Shown: piece by piece, positions 22,323-36,103 of the stretch
How positions within the stretch are numbered: the stretch's first letter is position 1
Layout: the number at the start of each line of letters is the position of its first letter
Source of the DNA: Actinomycetes bacterium
Lineage (GTDB): Bacteria > Actinomycetota > Actinomycetes > Prado026
Assembly: GCA_038252405.1 (NCBI GenBank)
Contig: JBBSAJ010000001.1
Span: forward strand, 50,530-114,529
DNA length: 64,000 nucleotides
Direction: 5' to 3'
Made by a program: the position numbers and the translations under genes
Notes under the pieces: generated by a model
Told to the model about the DNA's origin: nothing
What the model saw: only the letters and a program-made list of their open reading frames with translations
The model's database searches: none

Positions 22323-22544
22323 GTGAAGCCCGAGATCCACCCCACGTACGCAGAGACGACGGTGACCTGCACCTGCGGGAACACCTTCGTCACGCGGAGC
22401 ACCGCCAAGAACGGTGTCATCCACGCGGACGTCTGCTCCGAGTGCCACCCGTTCTACACCGGCAAGCAGAAGCTGCTCGACGCCGGCGGTCGGGTGGCCC
22501 GGTTCGAGAAGCGGTTCGGCAAGAAGGCCGGCACCGCCTCCTAG
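22323..22544 (+). CDS. rpmE: 50S ribosomal protein L31 (Zn-ribbon C+ form)
   Basis: The protein begins [27 protein letters not shown] and continues ...[26 protein letters not shown] precedes the GTG start. Confidence 0.9.
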   Translation: MKPEIHPTYAETTVTCTCGNTFVTRSTAKNGVIHADVCSECHPFYTGKQKLLDAGGRVARFEKRFGKKAGTAS

Positions 22545-22632
22545 CCTCCTCGACGGCGCCGTCCCGGAATCTGTCCGGGACGGCGCCGTCGTGTCGTTCC
22601 AGCCCGCGCCATCCGTCCCCTTCGGAGGAACC

Positions 22633-23703
22633 GTGTTCGAGCACGTGGCCGAGCTGGTCGCTGAGCACGACGACCTCGAGCGCCAGCTGGCCTACCCCGC
22701 CGTCCACACCGACCAGGCCGTCGCCCGGCGCCTCGGCCGCCGGTACGCGCAGCTGGGTCCGGTGGTCGCGGCCTACCGTGGCTGGCTGCTCACCGGGGGC
22801 GACCTGAGCGCCGCCCGGGAGCTGGCCGGCGAGGACCCGGCGTTCGCCGAGGAGGCCGAGGCGTTGGCCGTCCGCCTGCACGAGCTGGCCGAGGAGCTCA
22901 CGGTGCTCCTGGTGCCGAGAGACCCGGCCGAGGACCGTGACGTGATCCTCGAGATCAAGGCGGGGGAGGGCGGCGACGAGTCCGCGCTGTTCGCCGGTGA
23001 CCTGCTGCGGATGTACCTGCGCTACGCCGAGCGGCGCGGCTGGAGCACCGAGGTCCTGGACGCGCAGGAGTCCGACCTGGGCGGCTTCCGCGACGTCGCG
23101 GTCGCTGTGAAGGCCAAGGGCACCCCTGGCCCCGGGGAGGCACCGTTCGCCCGACTGCAGTACGAAGGCGGCGTGCACCGGGTGCAGCGGGTCCCGGTCA
23201 CCGAGTCGCAGGGCCGCATCCACACGTCCGCGGCCGGCGTGCTCGTGCTGCCCGAGGCCGAGGAGGTGGACGTCGAGGTCAACGCGAACGACCTGCGCAT
23301 CGACGTGTTCCGCTCCTCCGGGCCGGGCGGGCAGAGCGTGAACACCACCGACTCAGCCGTCCGGATCACCCACCTGCCCACCGGCATCGTGGTCTCCTGT
23401 CAAAATGAGAAGTCCCAGCTGCAGAACAAGGAGCAGGCGCTGCGCATCCTGCGGGCCCGGCTGCTCGCCCACGCGCTCGAGCAGGCCAGCCAGGAGGCCT
23501 CGGACGTGCGCCGCAGCCAGGTGCGCACCGTGGACCGGTCGGAGCGGATCCGCACGTACAACTACCCGGAGAACCGGATTGCCGACCACCGGACCGGGTT
23601 CAAGGCCCACAACCTCGACCAGGTCCTGGACGGCGACCTCGACCCGGTGATCCAGTCGGCCGTGGACGCCGACCTGGCTGCGAAGCTGTCCGGCCAGGCG
23701 TGA
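22633..23703 (+). CDS. prfA: Peptide chain release factor 1
   Basis: GGQ motif ([24 protein letters not shown]) and the PVT tripeptide of RF1. A GGAGGA RBS precedes the GTG start. Confidence 0.9.
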   Translation: MFEHVAELVAEHDDLERQLAYPAVHTDQAVARRLGRRYAQLGPVVAAYRGWLLTGGDLSAARELAGEDPAFAEEAEALAVRLHELAEELTVLLVPRDPAEDRDVILEIKAGEGGDESALFAGDLLRMYLRYAERRGWSTEVLDAQESDLGGFRDVAVAVKAKGTPGPGEAPFARLQYEGGVHRVQRVPVTESQGRIHTSAAGVLVLPEAEEVDVEVNANDLRIDVFRSSGPGGQSVNTTDSAVRITHLPTGIVVSCQNEKSQLQNKEQALRILRARLLAHALEQASQEASDVRRSQVRTVDRSERIRTYNYPENRIADHRTGFKAHNLDQVLDGDLDPVIQSAVDADLAAKLSGQA

Positions 23704-24560
23704 CCGGACTTCGCGCGGCGATCGCCGAGGCCGGCCGGCGGCTGGCCGCCGCGGGCGTGCCCTCAGCGCGCCACGACGCCGAGCAGCTCGCGGCCCACGT
23801 GCTCGGGGTGTCCCGGGTGGGGCTGCTGCAGCACGACGAGATCGACGCCGAGGCCTACCAGCGGCTGGTCGCCCGGCGGGTGCGGCGTGAGCCGCTGCAG
23901 CACATTCTCGGCTGGGCCGCGTTCCGGCACGTCGAGCTGGCGGTAGGCCCGGGCGTCTTCGTCCCCCGCCCCGAGACCGAGGTGGTCGCCGGCTGGGCGA
24001 TCGACCGGGCCCGCGAGGTCGCCTCCACCGGCCGTCGTCCACTCGTCGTCGACCTGTGCACCGGGTCGGGGGCCATCGCCCTCGCGGTGGCCAGCGAGGT
24101 GCCCGATTCCGTCGTCCACGCGGTGGAGCTCGCCCCGGCGGCGCTGGTCTGGGCCGGCCGGAACCTGGCCGGCCGCTCGGTCGTCCTGCACGGGGGCGAC
24201 GCCGTGGTCGCGCTGCCCGAGCTGGACGGCACCGTCGACGTCGTCGTCTCCAACCCGCCGTACATCCCCGACGACGGGCTGGTGCGCGACCCGGAGGTGC
24301 TCGAGCACGACCCGGCCGAGGCGCTGTGGGGCGGGGGGCCGGACGGGCTGGACCTGATGCGCGGCGTCGCCGCCGCGGCCGGCCGGCTGCTGCGCGACGG
24401 CGGCTGGCTGGTCGTGGAGCACGCGGACGTGCAGGGCGAGTCCGTGCCGGCTCTGGTCGCGGCCGGGGGAGGATGGGCCGACGTCATGGACCACCACGAC
24501 CTGGCCGGTCGTGACCGGTTCTGCACCGCGAGGAGGACGGGACAGGTGACGACCGCGTGA
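23700..24560 (+). CDS. prmC: Release factor glutamine N5-methyltransferase (HemK/PrmC)
   Basis: NPPY motif (VVSNPPYIP) and the SAM-binding motif [12 protein letters not shown]. It is GTGA-coupled to prfA. Confidence 0.85.
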   Translation: MTGLRAAIAEAGRRLAAAGVPSARHDAEQLAAHVLGVSRVGLLQHDEIDAEAYQRLVARRVRREPLQHILGWAAFRHVELAVGPGVFVPRPETEVVAGWAIDRAREVASTGRRPLVVDLCTGSGAIALAVASEVPDSVVHAVELAPAALVWAGRNLAGRSVVLHGGDAVVALPELDGTVDVVVSNPPYIPDDGLVRDPEVLEHDPAEALWGGGPDGLDLMRGVAAAAGRLLRDGGWLVVEHADVQGESVPALVAAGGGWADVMDHHDLAGRDRFCTARRTGQVTTA

Positions 24561-25204
24561 CCAGCCGGTTCGACTGCGACGACCCCGCCGAGCGGGTCCG
24601 TGGCCTGGAGCAGGCGGCGCAGGCGGCCCGCCGCGGTGAGCTGGTGGTGCTGCCGACCGACACCGTCTACGGCATCGGCGTGGACGCGTTCTCTCCTGGC
24701 GGGGTGGCGGCGCTGCTGGCCGCGAAGGGCCGCGGGCGGGACATGCCGGTGCCCGTGCTCGTCGGCTCCCCCCGCACCGTCGAGGGCCTGGCCACCGACA
24801 TCACCGACGCCGGGCGGCGGCTGGTCGAGGCGTTCTGGCCGGGCGCGCTGACCCTCGTGGTGAACCAGCAGCCCTCCCTCGCCTGGGACCTCGGCGACAC
24901 CGACGGCACGGTGGCGCTGCGGATGCCGCTGCACCCGGTGGCCATCGAGCTGCTGGTCATGGTCGGACCGATGGCCGTGAGCAGCGCGAACCGCAGCGGC
25001 GAGCTGCCGGCGACCACGTGCGACGAGGCGGTCGACCAGCTCGGCGACTCGGTGCGCGTCTACCTCGACGGGGGTCCGGCCGGCGACCCGGTGCCGTCGT
25101 CGATCGTCGACCTCACCGGTCCGGTCCCCCTGCTGCTCCGGTCCGGGGCGATCGACCTGGCGACTCTGCGCACCGTCGTCCCCGACCTGCAGGAGGTGCC
25201 GTGA
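24557..25204 (+). CDS. tsaC: L-threonylcarbamoyladenylate synthase (YrdC/Sua5/TsaC family)
   Basis: The protein contains LVVLPTDTVYGIGVDAF...LTLVVNQQPS...VSSANRSGE, the YrdC signature. It is GTGA-coupled at both ends. Confidence 0.85.
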   Translation: MTSRFDCDDPAERVRGLEQAAQAARRGELVVLPTDTVYGIGVDAFSPGGVAALLAAKGRGRDMPVPVLVGSPRTVEGLATDITDAGRRLVEAFWPGALTLVVNQQPSLAWDLGDTDGTVALRMPLHPVAIELLVMVGPMAVSSANRSGELPATTCDEAVDQLGDSVRVYLDGGPAGDPVPSSIVDLTGPVPLLLRSGAIDLATLRTVVPDLQEVP

Positions 25205-25785
25205 CCGACGGGTCGGTCTTCCGCGTCCTGCACGTGTGCACGGGCAACATCTGTCGCTCGCCGATGGCTCAGCAGATCATGCGGGCCGAGCTGGACCGCC
25301 ACTTCGGCCCCGCGGGGGCAGCGGTGGAGGTGACCAGCGCCGGCACCTACGGCGGGCACGCGGGCCAGCCGATGCACGCGCCCGCGGCGGCCGTGCTGGC
25401 CGGGCTGGACTACCCGGTGGACGGATTTCGGGCGACCTGGCTGCGCGAGCCGCTCGTCAACGCCGCCGACCTGGTGCTCGTGGCGACGGCCGACCACCGC
25501 CGGGCGGTCCTGCAGCTGCAGCCGCGGGCCCTGCGGCGCACCTTCACGCTCAAGGAGCTGGCCCGGCTGGCCGGCGGGCTGGACCCACGGTCGCTGCCCG
25601 CCGCCGGGCCGGCGCAGCGGTTCGAGGTCCTGGTCGAGCTGGCCGAGGACCGCCGGGGGCTGGTGGCCGGCACCGGGCACTTCGACGACGACGTGGAGGA
25701 CCCGTACGGCGGTCCGCCGGCGGCGTACCAGCAGGCCGCCGCGGAGATCCGGTCAGCGGTGCTGGCTGTTCTCGACCTGCTCTAG
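25201..25785 (+). CDS. Low-molecular-weight protein phosphatase (YwlE-like, CX5R)
   Basis: P-loop VLHVCTGNICRSPMAQ and the downstream D-P loop DVEDPYGG. The position after tsaC mirrors Bacillus ywlC-ywlE. Confidence 0.85.
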   Translation: MTDGSVFRVLHVCTGNICRSPMAQQIMRAELDRHFGPAGAAVEVTSAGTYGGHAGQPMHAPAAAVLAGLDYPVDGFRATWLREPLVNAADLVLVATADHRRAVLQLQPRALRRTFTLKELARLAGGLDPRSLPAAGPAQRFEVLVELAEDRRGLVAGTGHFDDDVEDPYGGPPAAYQQAAAEIRSAVLAVLDLL

Positions 25786-25850
25786 ACGGCGGTCCGGGCT
25801 GCTCCGCGTCGTAGACTCGGCCGCGCCGCCGATCCGTCAGGGAGAAGATC

Positions 25851-27119
25851 ATGACCGAGGTGCCCTTCTGGGGTCCCGACTTTGCCGAGCTCGAGCAAGA
25901 GGACCCGGAGATCGCGGCTGTGCTGCTCTCCGAGCTGGACCGGCTGCGGAGTGGCCTGCAGCTGATCGCCAGCGAGAACTTCACCTCGCCCGCCGTGCTC
26001 GCGGCACTCGGCTCGACCCTGTCGAACAAGTACGCCGAGGGCTATCCCGGACGCCGCTACTACGGCGGCTGCAGCGAGGTCGACAAGGCCGAGACGATCG
26101 GCATCGAGCGGGCCAAGGAGCTGTTCGGCGCGGAGCACGCCAACCTGCAGCCGCACTCCGGGGCCAGCGCGAACCTGGCCGCCTATGGCGCGTTCGTCAA
26201 GCCGGGCGAGACGGTGCTGGCCATGAGCCTGCCGCATGGCGGCCACCTGACCCACGGCGCCAAGGTCTCCTTCTCCGGCAAGTGGTTCAACCCCGTCCAC
26301 TACGGCGTCTCGCCGACCACTGAGGACATCGACTACGACCAGGTCCGTGACCTGGCCCTCGAGCACCGCCCGCGGATGATCATCTGTGGCGGCTCGGCGA
26401 TCCCGCGGCTGATCGACTTCGCTGCGTTCCGTTCGGTGGCCGACGAGGTCGGCGCGATCCTCATGGTGGACGCCGCGCACTTCATCGGCCTGGTCGCCGG
26501 CAAGGCGATCCCGAGCCCGGTGCCGTACGCCGACGTCGTCACGTTCACCACCCACAAGGTGCTGCGCGGCCCCCGCGGCGGGATGCTCGTGTCCAAGGCG
26601 GAGCACGCGGCCGCGCTGGACAAGGCGGTCTTCCCGATGATGCAGGGCGGCCCCCTCATGCACGCGGTCGCCGCCAAGGCGGTCGCGCTCAAGGAGGCCG
26701 CCACCCCGGCGTACCAGGCCTACACGCGTCAGGTGATCGCCAACTCCCAGGCGCTCACGTCGGGCCTGGCCGAGGAGGGCATGCGTCCGGTGACCGGCGG
26801 GACCGACACCCACCTGTCGCTCATCGACCTGCAGGGCCTCGGCGTCACCGGCGCCGACGCCGAGACGCGCTGCGACACCGCCGGCATCGTGCTGAACAAG
26901 AACGCCATCCCGTTCGACCCGCAGCCGCCGAGCATCGCCTCGGGCATCCGGGTGGGCACGCCGTCGGTGACCACGCAGGGCATGACCGAGACCGACATGA
27001 AGGAGATCGCCGGTCTGATCGGCCGGGCCGTGCGTGACTCCGACGGCTCGGCCGCGGCCGAGATCCGCGCGGTGGTGGGGACCCTGGTCTCCCGCCACCA
27101 GGCCTACCCCCGCGGGTAG
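25851..27119 (+). CDS. glyA: Serine hydroxymethyltransferase
   Basis: The protein contains ...LQLIASENFTSPAVLAALGS...TTHKVLRGPRGG, the PLP-lysine motif. Confidence 0.95.
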   Translation: MTEVPFWGPDFAELEQEDPEIAAVLLSELDRLRSGLQLIASENFTSPAVLAALGSTLSNKYAEGYPGRRYYGGCSEVDKAETIGIERAKELFGAEHANLQPHSGASANLAAYGAFVKPGETVLAMSLPHGGHLTHGAKVSFSGKWFNPVHYGVSPTTEDIDYDQVRDLALEHRPRMIICGGSAIPRLIDFAAFRSVADEVGAILMVDAAHFIGLVAGKAIPSPVPYADVVTFTTHKVLRGPRGGMLVSKAEHAAALDKAVFPMMQGGPLMHAVAAKAVALKEAATPAYQAYTRQVIANSQALTSGLAEEGMRPVTGGTDTHLSLIDLQGLGVTGADAETRCDTAGIVLNKNAIPFDPQPPSIASGIRVGTPSVTTQGMTETDMKEIAGLIGRAVRDSDGSAAAEIRAVVGTLVSRHQAYPRG

Positions 27120-27131
27120 CAGGCACGCGGG

Positions 27132-28247
27132 GTGCGCGAGTACCTGCTCACCACGTTCGTCGCGGCCGCGGTCACCTATCTGGTGGCCGGGCCGGTCCGG
27201 GCCGTCGCCGTCCGGTTCGGGGTGCTCGCCGAGGTGCGGGACCGGGACGTCCACGACGTGCCGATCCCCCGTCTCGGCGGGGTGGCCATGGTGGTCGGCC
27301 TGGGCGCGGCCCTGCTGGTCGCGAGCAAGATGCCCCTGCTGCGCAGCGTGTTCGCGACCGGGGACGAGCCCAAGGGCGTGCTGCTCGCCGCCGTGGTGAT
27401 CTGCCTGATCGGCGTGGTGGACGACGTCTGGGGGCTGGACGCCATCACCAAGCTGGCCGGCCAGTCCCTGGCCGCCGGGCTCATGGCGTTGCAGGGCGTC
27501 CAGCTGCTGTGGCTGCCGGGGCCGGGGCAGACCATCGCGCTCGGACCCGCTGAGGGCACCCTGATCACCGTCCTGGTCGTCGTCGTGACGGTCAACGCGG
27601 TGAACTTCGTCGACGGCCTCGACGGTCTGGCCGCCGGCATCGTGGGGATCAGCGCGAGTGCGTTCTTCCTGTTCTCCTACCTGCTCTCGGTGCAGAACGC
27701 GATCGAGCGGGCGCTGACCCCCTCCCTCATCTCGGCGGTCCTCGCCGGGGTCTGCGCCGGGTTCCTCGTGCACAACTTCAACCCGGCCCGCATCTTCATG
27801 GGCGACTCCGGCTCGATGGTCATCGGTCTGCTGCTCGCCGCGTCGTCGATCACGCTCACCGGGCGGCTGGACCCGGCGTCGTACTCGGGTCTGAACCTGT
27901 TCCCCACCCTGCTGCCGCTGCTGCTTCCGTTCGCCGTCCTGGCCGTGCCGTTCCTGGACCTGGTGCTGGCCGTGGTGCGGCGGACCAGGGCCCGGCGCTC
28001 GCCGTTCGCCGCCGACAAGCAGCACCTGCACCACCGGCTGCTGGAGATCGGCCACTCGCACCGCCGGGCGGTCCTGATCATGTACGGCTGGACCGCGCTG
28101 CTGGCCTACCTCGCCGTGGGGCTGGCGTTCCTGCCGACCTGGCTGGCGCTGACCCTCGCGGCGGTCGCGTTCGCCGCGCTCGTGGTCGTCGTCCGTGGTC
28201 CGCGGCGGGCCGCGCGAGCCGCGGCGGGGCGGGTCGGCCGCGGATAG
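27132..28247 (+). CDS. wecA: UDP-GlcNAc:polyprenyl-phosphate GlcNAc-1-phosphate transferase (WecA/Rfe, MraY-like GT4)
   Basis: A polytopic membrane protein in the MraY/WecA family (…VNAVNFVDGLDGLAAG…, …NFNPARIFMGDSGS…). Its position before the atp operon matches Mtb rfe (Rv1302). Confidence 0.85.
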   Translation: MREYLLTTFVAAAVTYLVAGPVRAVAVRFGVLAEVRDRDVHDVPIPRLGGVAMVVGLGAALLVASKMPLLRSVFATGDEPKGVLLAAVVICLIGVVDDVWGLDAITKLAGQSLAAGLMALQGVQLLWLPGPGQTIALGPAEGTLITVLVVVVTVNAVNFVDGLDGLAAGIVGISASAFFLFSYLLSVQNAIERALTPSLISAVLAGVCAGFLVHNFNPARIFMGDSGSMVIGLLLAASSITLTGRLDPASYSGLNLFPTLLPLLLPFAVLAVPFLDLVLAVVRRTRARRSPFAADKQHLHHRLLEIGHSHRRAVLIMYGWTALLAYLAVGLAFLPTWLALTLAAVAFAALVVVVRGPRRAARAAAGRVGRG

Positions 28248-28264
28248 CGGTAGCCTCCTAGACC

Positions 28265-28675
28265 ATGCACGAGCACGACGCCTCGATCCTGCGCGCCGCC
28301 CTGATCCCGACCGTGGTGGTGGGGCTGCTGGCCGTGGTCGTCGCGGCGTTCGTCGGCGGGGGCAAGGCGGCGCTCGGCGCCGCCCTCGGCGTGCTCGTCG
28401 TCGTGGTGTTCTTCACGGTGGGCCTGGTCGTGGTCGGGCGGGCCTCGCGGGTCTCGGCGTACGCGGCCATGAACGCCGCGATCCTGACCTACCTGGTCAA
28501 GATCGGGGTGCTGTTCGCGTTCATCGTGGCGTTCAAGGACACCACGCTCTTCGACACCAAGGTGTTCGGCCTGACGATCGTCGTGTGCACCCTGGTCTGG
28601 ACCGGGTTCGAGGTCCGCGGGTTCACCAGGCTGCAGATCCTCTACGTGGACCCGAAGGACGCCGACCGCCACTAG
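28265..28675 (+). CDS. Conserved hypothetical membrane protein preceding the atp operon (Rv1303-like)
   Basis: A 136-aa protein with four hydrophobic segments and high GC3, in the syntenic position. Confidence 0.6.
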   Translation: MHEHDASILRAALIPTVVVGLLAVVVAAFVGGGKAALGAALGVLVVVVFFTVGLVVVGRASRVSAYAAMNAAILTYLVKIGVLFAFIVAFKDTTLFDTKVFGLTIVVCTLVWTGFEVRGFTRLQILYVDPKDADRH

Positions 28676-28746
28676 GCCGCCGCGCGGGTGTTCAGACGGG
28701 ATCCCGATTTCCGGCCGTCACCCGGCCGCTGATAGGGTCGGCCGCG

Positions 28747-28977
28747 ATGGAAGGGGAGCGCCAGGACGCCCCGCGGACGAGTTCCTCGACCGCGAACGCT
28801 GCCTGGTCGATCATCAGCTATCTGCTCTCAGGCATCCTCGTCTGGGGTGGTCTGGGGTGGTTGATCGACCGGTGGCGCGGGGGTGGCCCGGTCTTCTTTC
28901 CCATCGGCGTCCTGGTGGGCGTCGTCGCAGCCTTGTATCTCGTGTTCGTCCGCATCCACAGCACGGACGGTCAATGA
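28747..28977 (+). CDS. AtpZ/AtpI-like small membrane protein (putative F-ATPase accessory protein)
   Basis: A 76-aa protein containing AAWSIISYLLSGILVWGGLGWLIDRW, the conserved motif of the ATPase_gene1 family. It lies directly upstream of atpB. Confidence 0.6.
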   Translation: MEGERQDAPRTSSSTANAAWSIISYLLSGILVWGGLGWLIDRWRGGGPVFFPIGVLVGVVAALYLVFVRIHSTDGQ

Positions 28978-29002
28978 CGACCGCCACCCGGAGGTACTCC
29001 GC

Positions 29003-29830
29003 GTGATCAGCGCCGCCGCCGTCACCCTCTCCGAGGGGGGCTGCCACCTCGGGTCCGGATGCGGGTTCCCGGCCCCCGACGCCGGAATCTTCCAGTTCGA
29101 TCCCTACGCGTCCTTCACCCTGTTCGGGATCACCTTCGACATCACCAAGTCGTCGCTGCTGGTGATCCTCGGGGCGGCCCTGATCGTCGTGTTCTTCCTG
29201 GTGGCCTTCGCCCGGCCGCGGCTCGTGCCGCGTCCCGTGCAGAACGTCGGCGAGATGGGCTACCTGTTCATCCGGGACCAGATCGCCCGCGACGTCATCG
29301 GCAAGGAGGGGGACAAGTTCGTCCCGTTCCTCGGGTCGCTGTTCTTCTTCGTCTGGATCATGAACATCTTCGGGATCATCCCGCTGGCGCAGTTCCCGCC
29401 GATGTCCCGGTTCGCGTTCCCGGTGACCCTCGCGGTGATGGTCTGGGTGCTCTACATGTACCTCGGGCTGAAGCACCAGGGGCCGGTCAAGTTCTTCACG
29501 AACATGATGTTCCCGCCCGGGATCCCCAAGCCGATCTACGTGATCCTCGCGCCGATCGAGCTGATCTCGAACATCCTGGTCCGGCCGTTCACGCTCGCCG
29601 TCCGTCTGTTCGCCAACATGTTCGCGGGGCACCTGCTGCTCACGGTGTTCACCGTGGGCGCCTGGTACCTGCTCTCGCCGTCCCTGATCGGGGCCCTCGG
29701 CTCGGCGACCTCGTTCCTCGTGACGGTCATCCTCACCGGGTTCGAGATGCTGATCCAGGCCTTGCAGGCGTTCATCTTCACCCTGCTCACCGCCGTCTAC
29801 ATCTCCGGTTCGCTGCACGCCGAGCACTGA
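29003..29830 (+). CDS. atpB: F0F1 ATP synthase subunit a
   Basis: GTG start after a GGAGG RBS. The protein contains ...LAVRLFANMFAGHLLL..., with the conserved Arg in TM4, and ends ...TLLTAVYISGSLHAEH. Confidence 0.9.
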   Translation: MISAAAVTLSEGGCHLGSGCGFPAPDAGIFQFDPYASFTLFGITFDITKSSLLVILGAALIVVFFLVAFARPRLVPRPVQNVGEMGYLFIRDQIARDVIGKEGDKFVPFLGSLFFFVWIMNIFGIIPLAQFPPMSRFAFPVTLAVMVWVLYMYLGLKHQGPVKFFTNMMFPPGIPKPIYVILAPIELISNILVRPFTLAVRLFANMFAGHLLLTVFTVGAWYLLSPSLIGALGSATSFLVTVILTGFEMLIQALQAFIFTLLTAVYISGSLHAEH

Positions 29831-30127
<297 letters not shown>

Positions 30128-30164
30128 CCGAGGCCGCAGCCATCACCACGAAGGGCGGAGCCAC

Positions 30165-30713
30165 GTGATCCACCTCGCGAGCGAAGCGACCAACCCCAAC
30201 GTCCTGCGGTTGCCGTTGGACGAGCTCATCATCGGCACGGTCGCCTTCTTCATCGTGTTCTTCGTGCTGGCCAAGTTCGCCTTCCCGAACATCAAGAAGA
30301 CCCTGGCCGAGCGGGTCGACAAGATCGAAGGTGGCATGGCCCGGGCCGACCAGGCCCAGGCCGAGGCGAACGCGCTGCTCGAGCAGTACCGGCAGCAGCT
30401 CGCGCAGGCTCGCAACGAGGCGGCCGAGATCCGGGCCCAGGCCCAGGCCGACCGGCAGGCCATCGTCGAGCAGGCGCGGGTCGAGGCGACGGCGGCGGCC
30501 GAGCAGGTCACCGCACGGGCGCAGGCGCAGCTCGCGGCCGACCAGCAGCAGATGCGCACCGACCTCATCCGTGAGGTCGGGTCGCTCTCGGTGAACCTCG
30601 CGGGCAAGATCGTCGGCGAGTCGCTGACCGACGACGCCCGGGTCAGCGCGACGGTAGACCGGTTCATCGTCGACCTCGAGCAGCTGTCCACCTCCACGGC
30701 GGAGCCGGTCTGA
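30165..30713 (+). CDS. atpF: F0F1 ATP synthase subunit b
   Basis: An N-terminal TM segment followed by a long Ala/Gln/Glu-rich coiled coil. Confidence 0.85.
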   Translation: MIHLASEATNPNVLRLPLDELIIGTVAFFIVFFVLAKFAFPNIKKTLAERVDKIEGGMARADQAQAEANALLEQYRQQLAQARNEAAEIRAQAQADRQAIVEQARVEATAAAEQVTARAQAQLAADQQQMRTDLIREVGSLSVNLAGKIVGESLTDDARVSATVDRFIVDLEQLSTSTAEPV

Positions 30714-31528
30714 TGCTCGGGGCCAGCCGACGTTCCCTCGACGAGGCCCGCGAGGCGCTGACCGCGCGCTCGCAGGCCGACGGCACCGCGGGCTATCCCA
30801 AGCTGGCCACCGAGCTGTTCTCGGTGGCCCGGCTGCTCGACGACAACCTCGAGCTGCGGCGGGTGCTGTCCGACAGCGGCACCGACCTCGGCCGGCGCAG
30901 CGCGCTGGTCAAGGAGCTGTTCACCGGGAAGCTGACGGGGGGCGCCGTCGAGGTCGTCGTGGACGTCGTCGGGCGGCGCTGGTCGGAGGCCAACGACCTC
31001 GCCGACGCCGTTGAGGCGCTGGGCGCCCAGGCGCTGTTCCTGGCGGCGGAGGCGGACGGCAGCCTCGACACCGTCGAGGACGAGCTGTACCGCCTGTCGC
31101 GGGTCGCCCAGGGCAGCGTGGAGCTGCGGACCACGATGTCCGACCGCTGGCTGCCGGCCGAGCGCAAGGTTGCGGTCGTGCGCGACCTGCTCGGCGGACG
31201 GGTGGCCGCGGCCACCCAGGTCGCCGTGGAGCAGGTGGTGGCCAGCCCGCGTGGCCGCCGGCTCGAGGACGCCCTGACCGAGCTGGCCCGGCTGGCCTCC
31301 GACCGTCACGGCGAGGTCATGGCCGAGGTGCACGTGGCCACCCCGATGACCGGCGAGCAGCCGGCCCGGCTGGCGGCCGCGCTGACCCGGATCTACGGCC
31401 GACCGGTCCGCATCGCCCAGGTCGTCGAGCCCGACCTGATCGGCGGGGTGAGGGTCGTCGTCGGTGACGAGGTCATCGACGGCACCGTCGCCCGCAGGCT
31501 CGAACAGGCCCGGCAGCAGCTGGCCTGA
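30713..31528 (+). CDS. atpH: F0F1 ATP synthase subunit delta
   Basis: Its position in the operon and the OSCP-like sequence (...[33 protein letters not shown]...). The ATG overlaps the atpF stop. Confidence 0.85.
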   Translation: MLGASRRSLDEAREALTARSQADGTAGYPKLATELFSVARLLDDNLELRRVLSDSGTDLGRRSALVKELFTGKLTGGAVEVVVDVVGRRWSEANDLADAVEALGAQALFLAAEADGSLDTVEDELYRLSRVAQGSVELRTTMSDRWLPAERKVAVVRDLLGGRVAAATQVAVEQVVASPRGRRLEDALTELARLASDRHGEVMAEVHVATPMTGEQPARLAAALTRIYGRPVRIAQVVEPDLIGGVRVVVGDEVIDGTVARRLEQARQQLA

Positions 31529-31607
31529 TGACCCCGTCCACCACGACCATGACCCGAACCGATCGCCCGGGGCACACACGGGCGCCGAGCAAGAGAGCAG
31601 GGAAGCA

Positions 31608-33245
31608 ATGGCCGAGCTGACGATCCGTCCGGACGAGATCCGGGCCGCGATCGAGCGGAACGTCGAGGCGTACGCGCCCGAGACCGCTCGCGAGGAGGTC
31701 GGGCGGGTCATGGAGACCGGCGACGGCATCGCCCGCGTCGAGGGCCTGCACTCGGCCATGACGAACGAGCTGCTGGAGTTCGAGGGTGGCCTGCTCGGCC
31801 TGGCCCTGAACCTCGACATCCGCGAGATCGGCGTCGTGCTGCTCGGCGACGGGTCGAAGATCGAAGAGGGGCAGGCGGTCCGCCGGACCGGCGAGATCCT
31901 CTCGGTCCCGGTCGGCGACGGCTACCTCGGCCGGGTCGTCGACCCGCTGGGCAACCCGATCGACGGCAAGGGCGAGATCGTCGCCGAGACCCGCCGGGCC
32001 CTGGAGCTGCAGGCGCCGTCCGTCGTGCAGCGGCAGCCGGTGAAGGAGCCGATGCAGACCGGCATCAAGGCGATCGACGCGATGACCGCGATCGGCCGTG
32101 GTCAGCGGCAGCTGATCATCGGCGACCGGCAGACAGGCAAGACCGCGGTCGCGATCGACACGATCATCAACCAGCGGGGCAACTGGGCCTCCGGTGACCC
32201 GACCCGCCAGGTCAAGTGCATCTACGTGGCCATCGGGCAGAAGGGGTCCACGATCGCGGCGGTCCGCGGCGCGCTCGAGGACGCCGGCGCGATGGACTAC
32301 ACCACCATCGTTGCGGCCCCGGCGTCCGACCCGGCCGGCTTCAAGTACCTCGCCCCGTACACGGGTTCTGCCATCGGCCAGCACTGGATGTATCAGGGCC
32401 AGCACGTCCTGATCATCTTCGACGACCTGTCCAAGCAGGCCGAGGCCTACCGCGCTGTCTCACTGCTGCTGCGCCGGCCGCCGGGCCGCGAGGCCTACCC
32501 CGGGGACGTCTTCTACCTGCACTCCCGGCTGCTCGAGCGCTGCGCGAAGCTGTCCGAGGACATGGGCGGCGGCTCCATGACCGGCTTGCCGATCATCGAG
32601 ACCAAGGCCAACGACGTGTCGGCGTACATCCCGACCAACGTCATCTCGATCACCGACGGCCAGTGCTTCCTCGAGTCGGACCTGTTCAACTCCGGCGTCC
32701 GGCCGGCGATCAACGTCGGGATCTCGGTCTCCCGGGTCGGTGGCTCGGCGCAGGTCAAGGCCATGCGGAAGGTGGCCGGCCGGCTGCGCCTGGAGCTCGC
32801 CCAGTACCGCGAGCTCGAGGCGTTCTCGGCGTTCGGCTCCGACCTGGACGCCGCGTCGAAGGCGCAGCTGGAGCGCGGTGCTCGGCTGGTCGAGCTGCTC
32901 AAGCAGCCCCAGTACACGCCGTTCCCGATGGAGCAGGAGGTCGTCTCGGTGTGGGCCGGCACGACCGGCAAGCTGGACGAGGTGCCGGTCGAGGACGTCC
33001 GCCGCTTCGAGTCGGAGTTCCTGGAGTTCCTCGGCCGTGAGGGCGCCGGAGTGCTGGCGGCGATCGCGTCGTCCAAGGACCTCCCCGACGAGACGGTCGG
33101 CCTGCTCGAGCGGGCCATGACGGCGTTCAAGGCGCAGTTCACGACCAGCTCGGGCGAGCTGCTGGTCAAGGACGAGCCGGTCGCGGCCCTGACGGAGGAG
33201 GACGTCGACCACGAGAAGATCACCCGTCGCGTCCGCCAGGCCTGA
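31608..33245 (+). CDS. atpA: F0F1 ATP synthase subunit alpha
   Basis: Walker A motif [18 protein letters not shown]. The N-terminus is [16 protein letters not shown]. Confidence 0.95.
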   Translation: MAELTIRPDEIRAAIERNVEAYAPETAREEVGRVMETGDGIARVEGLHSAMTNELLEFEGGLLGLALNLDIREIGVVLLGDGSKIEEGQAVRRTGEILSVPVGDGYLGRVVDPLGNPIDGKGEIVAETRRALELQAPSVVQRQPVKEPMQTGIKAIDAMTAIGRGQRQLIIGDRQTGKTAVAIDTIINQRGNWASGDPTRQVKCIYVAIGQKGSTIAAVRGALEDAGAMDYTTIVAAPASDPAGFKYLAPYTGSAIGQHWMYQGQHVLIIFDDLSKQAEAYRAVSLLLRRPPGREAYPGDVFYLHSRLLERCAKLSEDMGGGSMTGLPIIETKANDVSAYIPTNVISITDGQCFLESDLFNSGVRPAINVGISVSRVGGSAQVKAMRKVAGRLRLELAQYRELEAFSAFGSDLDAASKAQLERGARLVELLKQPQYTPFPMEQEVVSVWAGTTGKLDEVPVEDVRRFESEFLEFLGREGAGVLAAIASSKDLPDETVGLLERAMTAFKAQFTTSSGELLVKDEPVAALTEEDVDHEKITRRVRQA

Positions 33246-33278
33246 TGCCGGGTCCAGTGAAGGAAGGGGTCTGATCGC

Positions 33279-35709
<2,431 letters not shown>

Positions 35710-35710
35710 C

Positions 35711-36100
35711 ATGGCCGAGCTCAACGTCAAGATCGTCGCGGCCGACCGGCAGATCTGGCAGGGCCCGGCCACGATGGTCGTGGTCAAGACGGTCGAGGGC
35801 GAGATCGGCATCATGCCCGGACACGAGCCGGTGCTGGCCCTCCTCGTCGACGGGGTCGTCCGGGTCCACCTGGTGGACGGTGAGCGGCAGATCGCCGCCG
35901 TCCACCAGGGGTTCTTCTCGGTGGACTCCGACAATGTCGCGATCCTGGCCGAGACCGCCGAGCTCGCGTCCGAGATCGACGTCAAGCGGGCCGAGGCGGC
36001 GCTGGAGCGGGCGAAGGCCGCGGGGGAGACCGACGAGGCGGCGGTGCAGCGGGCCGAGGTCCGGCTCCGCGCAGCCGCCCACCCCGTCCCGCACACCTAA
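35711..36100 (+). CDS. atpC: F0F1 ATP synthase subunit epsilon
   Basis: The protein begins MAELNVKIVAADRQIWQGPATMVVVKTVEGEIGIMPGHEPVLALL. Its TAA stop sits immediately before the REP-like element. Confidence 0.9.
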   Translation: MAELNVKIVAADRQIWQGPATMVVVKTVEGEIGIMPGHEPVLALLVDGVVRVHLVDGERQIAAVHQGFFSVDSDNVAILAETAELASEIDVKRAEAALERAKAAGETDEAAVQRAEVRLRAAAHPVPHT

Positions 36101-36103
36101 TCC

